The translations under genes and the position numbers were made by a program. From Lepidodermella squamata (taxonomy: Eukaryota > Animalia > Gastrotricha), in contig JBLDXI010000042.1 in NCBI GenBank assembly GCA_047495785.1, positions 2,604,001-2,668,000 of the forward strand: a stretch of 64,000 bases of DNA, read 5' to 3'. The notes under the pieces were generated by a model. The model had not been told where the DNA came from. It saw nothing but the letters and a program-made list of their open reading frames with translations, and made no database searches. This document shows positions 40,381 through 51,841 of the stretch, piece by piece (within the stretch, counting starts at the first letter, position 1; each line of letters opens with the position of its first letter).

Positions 40381-40562
40381 CTGCAGAAGTCATCTCGCAC
40401 TAGCATAGGTGGCTAAATATTTTATTTTTCTAGTGTTCTTCTCTCTTTTTCAGGCCGCTTGCGTTTATCCCGAAAACCAAGGCCAAATCGTCACACAGGT
40501 CAAGGCGTGGCATACAATGTAAGCTCCTTTGTCTTGCTATATTGAAGATACCATTTTACATT

Positions 40563-40624
40563 ATGATGATTTAAAAGACTTGCCCTATATGATGTTAGTG
40601 ATTTATAGTCCAAAATTAAGCTGA
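40563..40624 (+). ncRNA. Box C/D snoRNA copy 9 (type B)
   Basis: ATGATGA, AGACTTGCCCTAT-ATGA, GTGATTT, CTGA. Confidence 0.88.
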
Positions 40625-40782
40625 ATTCAATCTATTGGAGCACTTCATCTCAACAATTTGATTCATTTCTGAAAATATTTCATTTTTCTTTCAGATTGCC
40701 ACAAATCGTCCATGCGATGCGCAAAATTCGATTCTTCTTCATGAGATGTAAGTTTCAAGGATAACTTCCCGAGTTTTATTCT

Positions 40783-40847
40783 GTGATGATATTCGTGACT
40801 TGCCCTCTATCTGAGCTTTATAGCTTTGATAATTAAGTCGATCCTGA
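40783..40847 (+). ncRNA. Box C/D snoRNA copy 10 (type A)
   Basis: GTGATGA, GACTTGCCCTCTAT-CTGA, TTGATAA, CTGA. Confidence 0.9.
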
Positions 40848-41008
40848 TAACTTTCCTCAATTTGTTTCATCAGGAAATTGATCAGTTTTATCTCAAGCTC
40901 ATTTTGTAATCTTTTTCAGGATTCGATTGAGCTCGGTTCGGCTACTGATTCCAGCTGATTCATGAAGGTAGGCTAAACTTCAATTACATTAATTCACGGC
41001 GTTTTTTC

Positions 41009-41068
41009 ATGATGAGTTTCAAGACTTGCCCTATATGAATCCTTGATTATTAGTCCACATTTTACTGA
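41009..41068 (+). ncRNA. Box C/D snoRNA copy 11 (type B)
   Basis: ATGATGA, AGACTTGCCCTAT-ATGA, TTGATTA, CTGA. Confidence 0.9.
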
Positions 41069-41214
41069 TCCTGTGTGAAAATTCATCATTTCTTGCGCTT
41101 TATACCAATATTAATTGCGTTTTTCTTTTCAGGGACAGCCTCTGTATTCATCTTCGTGCGAATTTGCTACTTTCAAGGTAATTTGCGCTAGATATTCATT
41201 GCCTAATTTTTTAA

Positions 41215-41277
41215 ATGATGATATTCGTGACTTGCCCTCTATCTGAGTCAAGACTTTGACTTTTAAGTCTTTTCTGA
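41215..41277 (+). ncRNA. Box C/D snoRNA copy 12 (type A)
   Basis: ATGATGA, GACTTGCCCTCTAT-CTGA, terminal CTGA; nearly identical to copy 5. Confidence 0.9.
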
Positions 41278-41454
41278 TGAAAAGTTACTCTTTTTCACCT
41301 CGTGAATAATTGTTTCCTGGAATAACTTTGATATTTTTTTGTTCAGGTATGCGATGGTCGAAATCAAAGAGACGATGAAGCCAAGGAGCTTTCAAAATGC
41401 AATCTACATTGCCAAGGTGAGCTTTAAACACGATACCCAATTTTTAGAAGTAAA

Positions 41455-41514
41455 ATGATGATTTATAAGACTTGCCCTATATGAAAACATTGATTAGTAG
41501 TCCTTCAGATCTGA
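41455..41514 (+). ncRNA. Box C/D snoRNA copy 13 (type B)
   Basis: ATGATGA, AGACTTGCCCTAT-ATGA, TTGATTA, CTGA. Confidence 0.9.
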
Positions 41515-41660
41515 TTTACCTATCGAATTGATTTTTCAACTGGAAGAAGTATGAGATTTTCTCTAAGTTACCTATTCTTGTTTTCCAGACAACGGACCAG
41601 CTTGGCTAATTTATAAAAAGGTAAATGTTTTTAAATTTCTAATCAATTAAGTCATTTTTG

Positions 41661-41723
41661 GTGATGATATTCGTGACTTGCCCTCTATCTGAGCTTCGGC
41701 CCTGATAATTAAGTCTACTCTGA
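41661..41723 (+). ncRNA. Box C/D snoRNA copy 14 (type A)
   Basis: GTGATGA, GACTTGCCCTCTAT-CTGA, GC-TTCG-GC hairpin, CTGATAA, CTGA; close to copy 4. Confidence 0.9.
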
Positions 41724-41880
41724 TTTACGAGCTTTACGTTATTTAATTATTCGTAAATATTTCTACCATTGGCTTAATCGCTTCTGATTTTGCAGATTTG
41801 ATTCATCACAATGCCACCCAAAACTATTCTACATGCTTCGAGGTAAATAAAGAAAATATATGCCAGCTTTTTCCTAAAAA

Positions 41881-41941
41881 ATGATGATTTAAAAGACTTG
41901 CCCTATATGAAAACACTGATTAGTAGTCCGTTTCAATCTGA
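41881..41941 (+). ncRNA. Box C/D snoRNA copy 15 (type B)
   Basis: ATGATGA, AGACTTGCCCTAT-ATGA, CTGATTA, CTGA; close to copy 13. Confidence 0.9.
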
Positions 41942-44217
41942 TTTTATCAATCTAAGAGATATAAAAAATAAGGAACCAATTTCAGATTTTTCCAATGCTA
42001 ATATTCCATTATTTTTTCCAGACATGGCGATAAGCGAAAAATAACTGTCATCTCTGATTTCTTTGATTTGAAAAGCCTAATTTATGTAATATTTTCGGAA
42101 TAAAATGAAATCGCTCAATTTTTTGGTTAGTTGTTTACTAAACATGAGGAAGTATCGCGTATAAGGCCATTAAACCAGGCTGGTTCGCGAATAACACGCC
42201 ACACTTGCACAAACACGCGAAAGCGGAATCATCGTTTTCACGTTTCTGCTTGATGCTGACACGAGAGGATGCAGATACATGACAGTCAACCGCAAGAGTC
42301 TCGTTTCTGTGTGTGTTTGTAGCCTTCCCTAACAATTTATAGCAAGAGCAAATGTGACACAGACACAAAACGTAGGGCCGCTTAAGTATAAACACTTATG
42401 CTTAGTATTCTCGTGATGACCTCTTCGGCAGCGAAAATTTGCGCGCAACAGCTATTGTTCATCACAGGGCCAGGACAGGCCGAAAGCAGCAACAGCAGAA
42501 TACACACATACAAGACGAGAACCGTTTGGCGGCTCATCGCAACCACAACGACGGCACGTTTTATTTACCCTGGTGGCATCATGGCTCCTAAATGCGAGTG
42601 TATAATTACCTTCCCGGCGCGATGTATAGTTTATTAGGCTGTCTTACCTTTCCGCAGCAGCTGCCTCAATTTAAAGATGATACCTGTCTGTATAAATTCA
42701 AATTACAGTTCCGCATCGCCAAATTTTTTGATAAGAATTTCTTTGCCCGAATAATTATACATCTATATGCCAATCACGTGCTAGCCGTTATCGCAGATGT
42801 GGTATATCTACGTACCATGTTGTTCGGAAAAATGAGGTAGAGGCAACAACAGTTGACCGGTTTTTATTCGGCGGAATCGATGCGAATTGTTTACATTATT
42901 TATACTGTAGCTGCAGAAATTTACACCCTTAAAAAGGCGTCGTGAGGCGCAGCCCACCTTGCGTTCTTATTTTCGCTATTAGGTGTGTCGCTCTCTCTGC
43001 AAAATGCGCGTGTCTGATGACAGCGTAAGTTTAAGCCGCGCAATAAATCGTCGTCCCTGCTTACTATTAATAATATTAATCATGCGTAGGTGAAACTTGG
43101 TTTGATAAATAATGAATAAGTGCTTTTGTTGTGCTGTGTTTCGGCCCATTCCTACTGCGCAAATGCCAGCACCTGTGTTCTTCACACACACGCTCAAGCG
43201 TATATATAGGCTATTTATACATTTCTTGGCCGTGAACACTTTGTGCGGAGAAATATCTCAGCCTTGAGGTGACTGCGCTTACAACAACCACAAAGCCGCT
43301 TTATGCTTGTACGCAGTCCAGTAAAACATGTAATGAGTATGCGCAGGTCACATCTCCAAGCTTTGTGTCATCGGTTTTCGATGAATAAGCGCCTCTGAAT
43401 TATTCTTATAAAAGTATCCACACAGTAAAATGCTTCGTTAGTACAGCGTCTTTGAGGTTAAATTTATTGCTTACTTGAATTCCTCTTACACTAGTTGTCT
43501 AAGGAGGCGGCATTAATAACCGTGACCCTGACTCAATGGAAACGTTTTAATGCGGTGAATAAGCGTGGCACTCCTTATAGAATAATAATGTTGTAGAAAG
43601 GTGGTTTTTTTCAATTGTTGAAAAAAACAAGCGCGATCGAAAATTAAGGTGACTCTTTTAATTAATTCCGCAATATCATTTTTTCGCACATGCTTGTTGA
43701 GCCCTCATTTACATTTACCTATACCCGGCTTGTGGACAAAGCTTATAAAACCAGTGCCGCGTGGCCATTGAGGCGTCGGTTATTTGCGAGTCCATGATGT
43801 TGGCCGCGCCGTTAGTCAAAGGCGGCGTCGCTGATGCTTGATGCGTTTTGTTTATTACCTGCTATTATGAATTAAGTCATTAGCTGTATACACCGTTTTC
43901 TGTCGTGCCAAATGAGCCTGATGCTATAGTTTAAGCACGCCTTAACCAAATTTTCGTATTTTTCGCGCATTATTGCGCTTTATTATCCGCTTGCATTTCA
44001 CCTGTGACGTAATTTACGCGCGCTAATGTCTTCAAAAAATTGGCGCCTCGGTGGTTCAGTCGACCTTGCGGGCGCACCGCCACTTCTCGTTGTCACCAGC
44101 CCAGGAGGACGTCCTTCTATTAGTAGCCCTTTTTATAGGCAACAACACTCTAATCCTAATAATTCGACCAGCTGTTGCCAACTGAAGAGTGATTCGAAGA
44201 GCAACGTCGCTGTCAAG

Positions 44218-45268
44218 ATGGGCGGAATTGGTGTAATCCTTTTCGAAAATCTTAAATCGAAAGATTTTTGGCGAGCAGTTTTTGCAGAATTTGCCGGTAA
44301 AATTTAAAAATCCTGAAATTTTATTTTTATAAAAATGTTTTTCTAACCTTAGGAACTATGCTCCTGTTAATTTTAGGAGTCGGCGGAATTGTCGTTAATT
44401 TTTCGCACAAAGCTCACGTGACCGAACAGGCCGATGTTTATGCTCACATAAGAGTAGCGCTTGGCTTTGGCGCCGTTATAGGCGGCATCGTTTTCAGTTT
44501 GGGCCACATCAGCGCCCACATTAACCCAGCGTTTACATTGGCGACCTTCCTCCTCGGCAAAATTAGCCTTGTTCGGGCTGGTTTTTTCGTCGTTGTGCAA
44601 ATCGTCGGTGCCATAGCTGGTTCGGCTGTGTTGTATGGAATAATTCCATTCACCCGCGAGAATCATTTCATGTGCACGAGGCTTGATAAAAGCATTCGGC
44701 CGCTTGAAGGCTTCGGCGTGGAGCTTACAATCACTGCGGTTTTGGTTTTCGGCGCTTTGGCTATTGTCACTAAGTTGGAACAATCAGGCAGTAACCCAGG
44801 AGCATCCGCTATCGGAATTATGTTCCTGGCCACCCTATTAATTTGTATCGGAGTACGTAATGTCCCATTTTACTTACTAGTTTGAAAATAATTCTTAATT
44901 TACTTCAGGGACCTTTGACCGGGGCCAGCATGAACCCTGCTAGGAGCTTGGGTCCAGCTATCATTCTACAAGGTGACTGCTGGGAGTCCCACTGGGTGTA
45001 CTGGCTGGGCCCACTCGGGGGTGCAATTCTCGCCGCAATCTGCTTCAAGGTCACGCTTAAGGACGTGCAACGCCGGGCGCCCTCAGTAAAACGCCTCGCC
45101 CGCCTCAGCTCTTACTGCGTGCCGGACGAACAGCCCATGCCAACTGGTCGTCACCACAGCTCGGGACATCGGCTCAACGAGATGACCGCAGCTTCACCCA
45201 TCGCGCTGAAAGCTATTCCGGAAGGATCTGGAAACGACGAAGAATTGGCCGCATTGCAAAGTGCTTAA
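44218..45268 (+). CDS. Aquaporin (MIP family), 3 exons; an in-frame upstream ATG at 44026 could add 64 aa
   Basis: FWRAVFAEFAG, AHINPAFTL, GPLTGASMNPARSLGP, HWVYWLGPL. Confidence 0.94.
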
Positions 45269-45878
45269 ATATATAGAAATGAATAAGATCTGATTTCTCC
45301 TATCTGCTATTATGGATGATTTCTAGCGAAGCCAGTCAAAATTAGCCTTTTTCATTTTTTGAACCGCGCAATGTATTGAAGTATTCGCTGTTTTTCTCGA
45401 GAGTGGAAACGTGTGCTTTTTCCCGCTTTATAAGATGGAACGGGCCGATTTTTTCCATGATTACTGTGCTTGATATTCGAATCGGCTGCAACTAGGTATA
45501 TTATAATATTGTTATTCAGCGGTTCCCAAATGTTTCCTTGGAGAAAAAGCATACTGTTGACTAGCGGCGGGTCTCAAAACCGCTAAAAATTTGGTCGATT
45601 TTCGAGAAAATGTAGCCCTCTGAGATGCAATATTCGGGAACCACTTCGACACATATGTATTTGTGTATAAAATCTGATCGTTTTTATGTGCATTCGATCA
45701 TTTTAAAATTATTGTTCGCCTCACCTCTAAAAAATTGTTATTCATTTTTGTTTGACAAATCTAAAAGGTGTCTTTTTGAGAAAATAATTTTGGAAATAAA
45801 TTGAAAAAAAAATAAATGAGTCAGGTTTTTATTCGCGTATCAATTTGGGCAGTTCTAACACATTTTTATGAGCGAGTT

Positions 45879-46935
45879 TTATTTCTTTGAAGGCAAGTGG
45901 TGATCTCCTTTTGTATGAGCCAGCTGACGTTGAAAAGTGCGTTCAGTCAAGCGGCGCATCTCGTCAAGGTCCATCGCCGTTGCTCTGTGCACCAGACGCC
46001 CTGTTCGGCGACTGGCCGGGGTCGAAGCTTCTGATCGCTGCTTACTTTGATCCACTAGAAGGTGTGGGGTACTGTGATTCCGTGACAGCGGCAAGCGATA
46101 TGCATTCGAAAGCGATCTATCAATTTCCTCTACTTCTCTGTAAAAAGGGTGATGAAATATGAAATCAGCATTCAGATGAAATCCTTACTCACCTGATGGC
46201 TGAGTATGAGCTGGGATAATCATCTCCTCGAGTAGGGGATTCGTTGAACGATCGATCAGTTATTTCGCCAGTCTCACTTTGCGGCTGTCGCATGTCAACT
46301 GAAAGCTTACCACCCAGGGAGACATTAGTCCGATTAGTCGTACCACCAGCTCCTTGAGTGGCGGTTTCGTCTTCCATCCCCTCTAGCTCATCTAGCTCAG
46401 AAATGTTAGTAGACCCTCGAAGACTCGCATTAGCCGTCAAATTGTGATGCTCAGGCGTAGTCGAGAGTAGCGGCGTCATTCGACTATTTGAACGTAACGA
46501 CATCATGCTTTTGCTTTTCGTTAATTTCCCATGATGGCCAGCAATTTTTGGCCCGGCATGGTTCATCAAATCTAACTGAGAACTTGAGCCGCCGTTCCTG
46601 CTAACAAGTTTCTCAGGCTTTTCTTCCGAAGCAGCAGGTGGCGTCATGGCTGAAACCGATCTGGTGATTGAAAGCGGAATTTTCGGGGGCGTTGACGGTT
46701 TCTGTAGCGCCTTTTGCTTGTCGAAGTCACTGACCGCTTTCCTCATAGAATCCATCAACTTTTTGCGGTCATTCGTAAACTTGATTCGCCATTTGAAGTG
46801 GTTAGATTTCGTTGCATCGATGCGAACGGTTAACGCGTTCAACTCCGCTAGAGCATCGTTGAAATCCTGTTCGACTGGATCGGCTGGATTGTCTTCCTCT
46901 GGCGCCTCATCATCTAGTACGTAGGCTTTTGCCAT
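45879..46935 (-). CDS. Uncharacterised protein, 2 exons, N-terminal helical region and low-complexity Ser/Thr-rich remainder
   Basis: 274-aa ORF ends at a GTGAGT donor and joins in frame (SAIR|EVEEID) to the ORF ending at 45879. No family recognised. Confidence 0.6.
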
Positions 46936-47191
46936 GATAAATATAGTGTAATGAGGTTGCAATATGCATGCTTTTAAGAGACAACATTTTCGCGAGAAGC
47001 GGTTGCCAAGCAACTTTTTATCACTTATTTCGCGTGTTTACATTCAAGCTATTGACAAAGCGCCCTTTTGCGTTTGATTACAATTACTTGCCGGATATTC
47101 CGAAGATTTCGGCAAACAAGCCGTTAAAACAAATAACAGAAAAAACTCGAGATGAAGAAGCAGAAATGAAATTTTGTTGAAATCTGTCGAA

Positions 47192-48461
47192 ATGATTTTC
47201 GGGTTAGCTTTCCTCTTCCTGGCACCTTCTGTGATGTGCCAGGAAGCCGAGTATGCGATGTTATCTGAAAAGTTGAAGTTTTACCCTGAAATCTTGAAAA
47301 ATGGAAGTGGTCGTCCGGTCGTTAAGTATACGGATAAGACTGAAATCAGCATCAGGCTGGTACCTATGCACATGACACAGTTGGACGATCAGAAACAAAC
47401 GATTTCCATCCTGGCAACACTAACACTTCAATGGACTGATCCTTTCTTGGCGTGGAATGAAGATGATAGGTACAATAAGTATATGGGGATGGTTTCAATT
47501 GAGCACGATGAAGCATGGACCCCAACAGTCGTCCATCTGAACAATGTGGAGTCTCCTGAGATCGTTGCGCAGCTTGGAGAAAGGGCTCATTTGTTCGTCT
47601 ACAAGGAAGGTAAAGTCACATGGGAGCCGACAGGAATTTACAAATCATCATGTGAACTAGTAAGCCCGCTAATGCATCATAACTTACGAACCAACTATCT
47701 ATTTATGTTTATAGACCCTGACAAAGTTCCCCTTTGACCGTCAAACGTAAGTACAAGGCCTTTGTAATGATTGATTTCTAGTTTGGAAGTTTGCTAGGTG
47801 TGAAATGATATTTGAACCCTGGCCAACGATTCCTCAAAAGAGCGATGCGGATAGCACACAATTCTCTGACCCCGGAGCTATAATCTTGGCAAACGTCAGC
47901 CTGCAGGATCCATCTGTTAAAGAATTCCTGTTTCCTGGTTCCATTTGGTCGCTGGAAGCATTTACCTACGAGAAACGCGGCAATCAAGCAAGATTCAAGA
48001 TCAGCCTGCGCCGAAACTTTCAGTACACCCTCTACAACGTAATCATTCCTTGCGCGTTGTTGAGCATTCTGCAGATAACGGCGTTTGGAATCCGGGCAGA
48101 TACTCCGGATCGGCCTGCTTACTCCGTAACCGTTCTTCTGGCTTTCAGTCTGTTTCAAGTCATGATCAGTGAAGACATGCCAGAAACGTCCGATATCATC
48201 TATCTACTAATCTATGTCATCATTCAGTTTGGTATCGGAACCATTGCAGTAGTTTACACCACGTTTTTGAGTTACATTCTGGAAAGAAAAGAAATGAAGA
48301 AGAGGATTGAAGCGATGGGTCAAGGATACGCTTACGAGCCACCAGTCGAGGATCTGGCTCCCAATTACGCCTTGATTGATAAAGTCGTGTTTGTGATTCT
48401 TCTTTTCGCATGCGTTGCATCACACGCCGGCATTTTCGCATTTATTATCCTCGATTGGTAG
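47192..48461 (+). CDS. Divergent Cys-loop pentameric ligand-gated ion channel subunit 1
   Basis: Signal peptide, RPV, WTDPFLAW, WTP, spliced Cys-loop CELTLTKFPFDRQTC, LRR pre-M1, four TM helices, short M3-M4 loop. Confidence 0.9.
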
Positions 48462-48587
48462 GTGTAGCAAGGCAACATCTAACGAGTGACACAATTTTAT
48501 TCATTCGCAACTCGCAACTCTTAATCTTCTGCTGCTTGCTTTATTTCTTTTGTGCAAATAAAAATGTGTAGTCTGTAACGGCAAGCA

Positions 48588-49901
48588 TTAAAGTACAAGA
48601 CCCAGAGCACGCTTGTTCCAATAGTATGGGCAGGAGTCGATCGTGGCCAGCCTTGCTCTATGAGTCTCCAAAGCACCAGGATAAACAGAAAAATCATCAG
48701 ATTCGAAAACAAACTCGATCTGATTGACAGCAGATTTCCTATCACCAAACTGGCTGCAGAATGAAGGCCTCTGAGGATCATCACTGCCCATTCCGTAACA
48801 GACGCCTTTTTGAAAAATGGTCTTCAAGGGAAATGCTTGTTCCAGGTAGCGATAATGAGTCGCGAGATGTGGCCGTAATCGCTCGAATATTTGGCCGTCA
48901 GACATGCCGTCAACAAGCCGCCAATCACCGACTTGATCAGGAGAGTTTGGCCAGCCGTTGTAAGACGCGATCCAAAAGTAGTCACTTCTGAAGAGATTCC
49001 ACATATAGGCACACATGATACTGAACTCTGACAAGCTATCCGTGCGAATCAAGTCAGCGAAAACCTTGTCAAAATCTGTCGTGTTCCGTCTTTTACTGAT
49101 GGCCCTCCGCATTACGGCCAGATGTGATGTCTTGACTATCATAGGGAAGTAGCTCATGCAATTGAAGGGTTCTGAGAAAATGCCCTTAAATCGTTTAGCA
49201 AAAATTGTATTCAATTCGTTACCTTTAAAACCTGTAGCCAAGTGAGTTGTGCTTGGTACGTTATACCAGTAGCCCTCCGGTTCTTTTGTTCTGCCATAAA
49301 CAGGGCGAACAATCGGCTTACCATCGGCAAACAAGTCGAATGTTGTTACTCGAGTCACAAAAAGCGTGTCTGTATCGATAAAACCAACATACTCAGCGCT
49401 CGTAAAATTAGATGCCCAGAATTTGAGCCACTGGGACTTGTACCAGCCTGGCCGACGGGTGAAACCAAGCGGTGGAAAAGGGGCGAAGAAAACATTTGGC
49501 GTGATGCCGATGATCTTGACCGCTAACTCAGTGATGACTCGCTTCAGATACCTTTCGAGATGCGGGTTACTTTTATCGCCGATTATTACCAACTTAAGAT
49601 GTCGTTTCGGCCAGAAAAGAGCCAGGGAAGGGAACAGCCAGTTGTGCAGCTCAAGTATACTTTGACTTGAAGAACTCACTGGCAGGATGAGGGCCAAATC
49701 GGGCCACGTAATATTGCACTCCTCGATTTCGCCAACAGCATCCTCTCCATCGCTGTTTGAAGTCCAGTTCAGTCGATTTTTAAGTAAGAGGAAACCACTT
49801 GAAATTCTCGGCCGGAAGTAAATGATTTGAATGGTAATAAACACAGTGAGAAGACTGATAAGGAGAGTCTTCAAGCAAATTTCGCAAAACCCCCATGACA
49901 T
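48588..49901 (-). CDS. Type II membrane, GT-A-like putative glycosyltransferase
   Basis: N-terminal TM anchor; YVGFIDTDTLF (DxD motif); probable 51-nt in-frame intron at 49172-49222. Specific family not assigned. Confidence 0.6.
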   Translation of the reverse strand: MSWGFCEICLKTLLISLLTVFITIQIIYFRPRISSGFLLLKNRLNWTSNSDGEDAVGEIEECNITWPDLALILPVSSSSQSILELHNWLFPSLALFWPKRHLKLVIIGDKSNPHLERYLKRVITELAVKIIGITPNVFFAPFPPLGFTRRPGWYKSQWLKFWASNFTSAEYVGFIDTDTLFVTRVTTFDLFADGKPIVRPVYGRTKEPEGYWYNVPSTTHLATGFKGNELNTIFAKRFKGIFSEPFNCMSYFPMIVKTSHLAVMRRAISKRRNTTDFDKVFADLIRTDSLSEFSIMCAYMWNLFRSDYFWIASYNGWPNSPDQVGDWRLVDGMSDGQIFERLRPHLATHYRYLEQAFPLKTIFQKGVCYGMGSDDPQRPSFCSQFGDRKSAVNQIEFVFESDDFSVYPGALETHRARLATIDSCPYYWNKRALGLVL

Positions 49902-50243
49902 TGAGCATTAATTTTGGAAAAACAAGCAAAGTGCATGAGAACTGCATGCCTACATTGAAATAAGTCATGGCTATTCAGAAGAATCGGCTATTCAACTCTT
50001 ATGAATGTCATATTTGTTACCGGGGGATAATATTTTAGGGACTATTACAATGAGCAATGAGCATGTTCTTATCTATTCAATAATTACACAAATAAAAATG
50101 AAAAATTTCGAGAAATCCCCAGTGCAGATATTCAGATATGGCTTTGTTTGAACTAAAATCAAATTTCCGGTATTCCACAACATGCTTATCTCTGCATAAA
50201 ACTAACATTTCATTGTCACCGATTGTGAATTTCACACTCGAAC

Positions 50244-51685
50244 ATGATAAAGCTTGCAACAGTCCTTATATTCACTCCATTTTTGCCGTTTGTAAGATGC
50301 CAGAATGTGACCACCAGCGAGAAACCGGAATACAAATTAATTGATAGCCTATTAGCAAACTATCCTATCAAGATTGGCGAAAAGCCCACAACAAACTCAG
50401 AGCAGCCTGTTGAAATTCAGTTGGTGATGAAGTCGATAAACGTGGTAGAAATCGACGATAACGGAAAATTCGCTAGAATAAGCGCTGAAATCATAGCTAA
50501 ATGGCGCGATCCTTTCCTCTCCTGGGAAGGCTACTCTTCATTCCAACATATCAGCCGAGTCGTGATAAACCTAAGGTCTGGAATTTGGATGCCTCCGCTG
50601 GAAGCATCGGGAAGAATTTATGACACTCAGGAAGCAGCAAATGTCATTTCGGCAACCAGTCCTGTTCTTGTATCTAAGGATGGGTCTGCGCAGACATCCT
50701 TCAACTATGATTGCAAGATTTCGGTAATCTTTCTGACAATAAACATAACATATATTAACTTCGTCAACCTAGTTTGACCCAGATTTGCAGCTATTCCCAT
50801 TTGACAAACAAAAGCTAATTTTAGGCTTCACCTCGGTTCTGGACTCTAATAAATTGAAATTCACGAAATTCGATGCGGATCTGCCTCGATCGAATTCGCA
50901 CAACTGGAATGTTCTTAGTAATACCGCAAAACTTGCTAAATCTTCACGACATGACCAGGTAGGCTTTTGATCGATACATTCATGACTCTAAGTCGCTAGT
51001 TACACAGGCAATGCTGGGGATTGAAATCCAACGGAATCCTTATGGACCCTTGCTTCGCACTGTGGTTCCTGCCATTTTTCTCAGCATATTGCAGTTAGCA
51101 ACTTTCGGACTGCCTCTGACAGAACCTGGCCGGTCAGGTAATCCATTCGGATTCGTCATCATGAAACGTATCTTCATTTAAAACTTTTCTTCCCAAGTTT
51201 ACTCGGTTTTGGTTCTCCTTGCTTTTGGATTGTTTCAGGTATTTATTAGAGTGTCCAGTTTGTACTTCAATAACGAATTTTCCCAACAGCTTTCGATAAA
51301 AGATGAGGTCCCTAAAAGCTCCGATGTGATTCTTTTCCGATTGTATTTATTGCTCGAGTTCGCAATCGGCACAGCATGTACACTGACTTCAACAATTCTC
51401 TGCTGCATCTTCTTCGCTAACAGCACGGCTTATGCTTTTACTACTGAACCGCTATCAAATTCTGCTGCTCCAATTGTGAGAGCCAGAAACAGAGTATACC
51501 CTTCACCGGCAACGCCTCGAAATTTAATTACAACATCCTCGACGAGAAAAGCTGAAGCTTTACTGAAAAAATTGAGGATAGCTGATGGAATACTTTTCAT
51601 CTTTCTATTGATTGCTACCGCCGCGATTCATATGGGCATCTATTTGTACACGAGTCAGCCTAGAGATAACAACGTTGAGCTGTGA
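50244..51685 (+). CDS. Divergent pentameric ligand-gated channel subunit 2, apparently lacking the Cys-loop cysteines
   Basis: Signal peptide, WRDPFLSW, IWMP, FDPDLQLFPFDKQKL, IQRNP pre-M1, VPKSSD M2-M3 loop, four TM helices over about 5 exons. Confidence 0.82.
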
Positions 51686-51841
51686 AAAGCTATGGAAACT
51701 TTGTACACTACTGACTGAGAATTTGATAATAAAAATCAACATTGATCGGATATTAGTTGCTGTGATTCATTTTCCAGCAACGAAAATGTCGACAGTGCTT
51801 TTAATTCATCGACCATTGTGAGGCAGAGTTTGATCGGTACA

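Larger units (their letters stand above)
39181..42120 (+). ncRNA. Non-coding multi-exon snoRNA host gene (13 short exons, 12 snoRNA-bearing introns)
   Basis: Predicted introns 39230-39394, 39440-39613, 39660-39837, 40039-40207, 40281-40453, 40519-40694, 40748-40919, 40968-41132, 41178-41346, 41417-41588, 41621-41795, 41843-42021, all GT...polypyrimidine-CAG; exons are unrelated to each other; the first ATG stops in exon 2; AATAAA at 42099. Confidence 0.85.

Noticed and set aside
39230-42021. CRISPR-like or satellite reading of the regularly spaced repeat
   Set aside because: Eukaryotic context, no cas genes, spacers of 100-300 nt containing splice sites, and the repeats carry C, D', C' and D boxes with rRNA complementarity.
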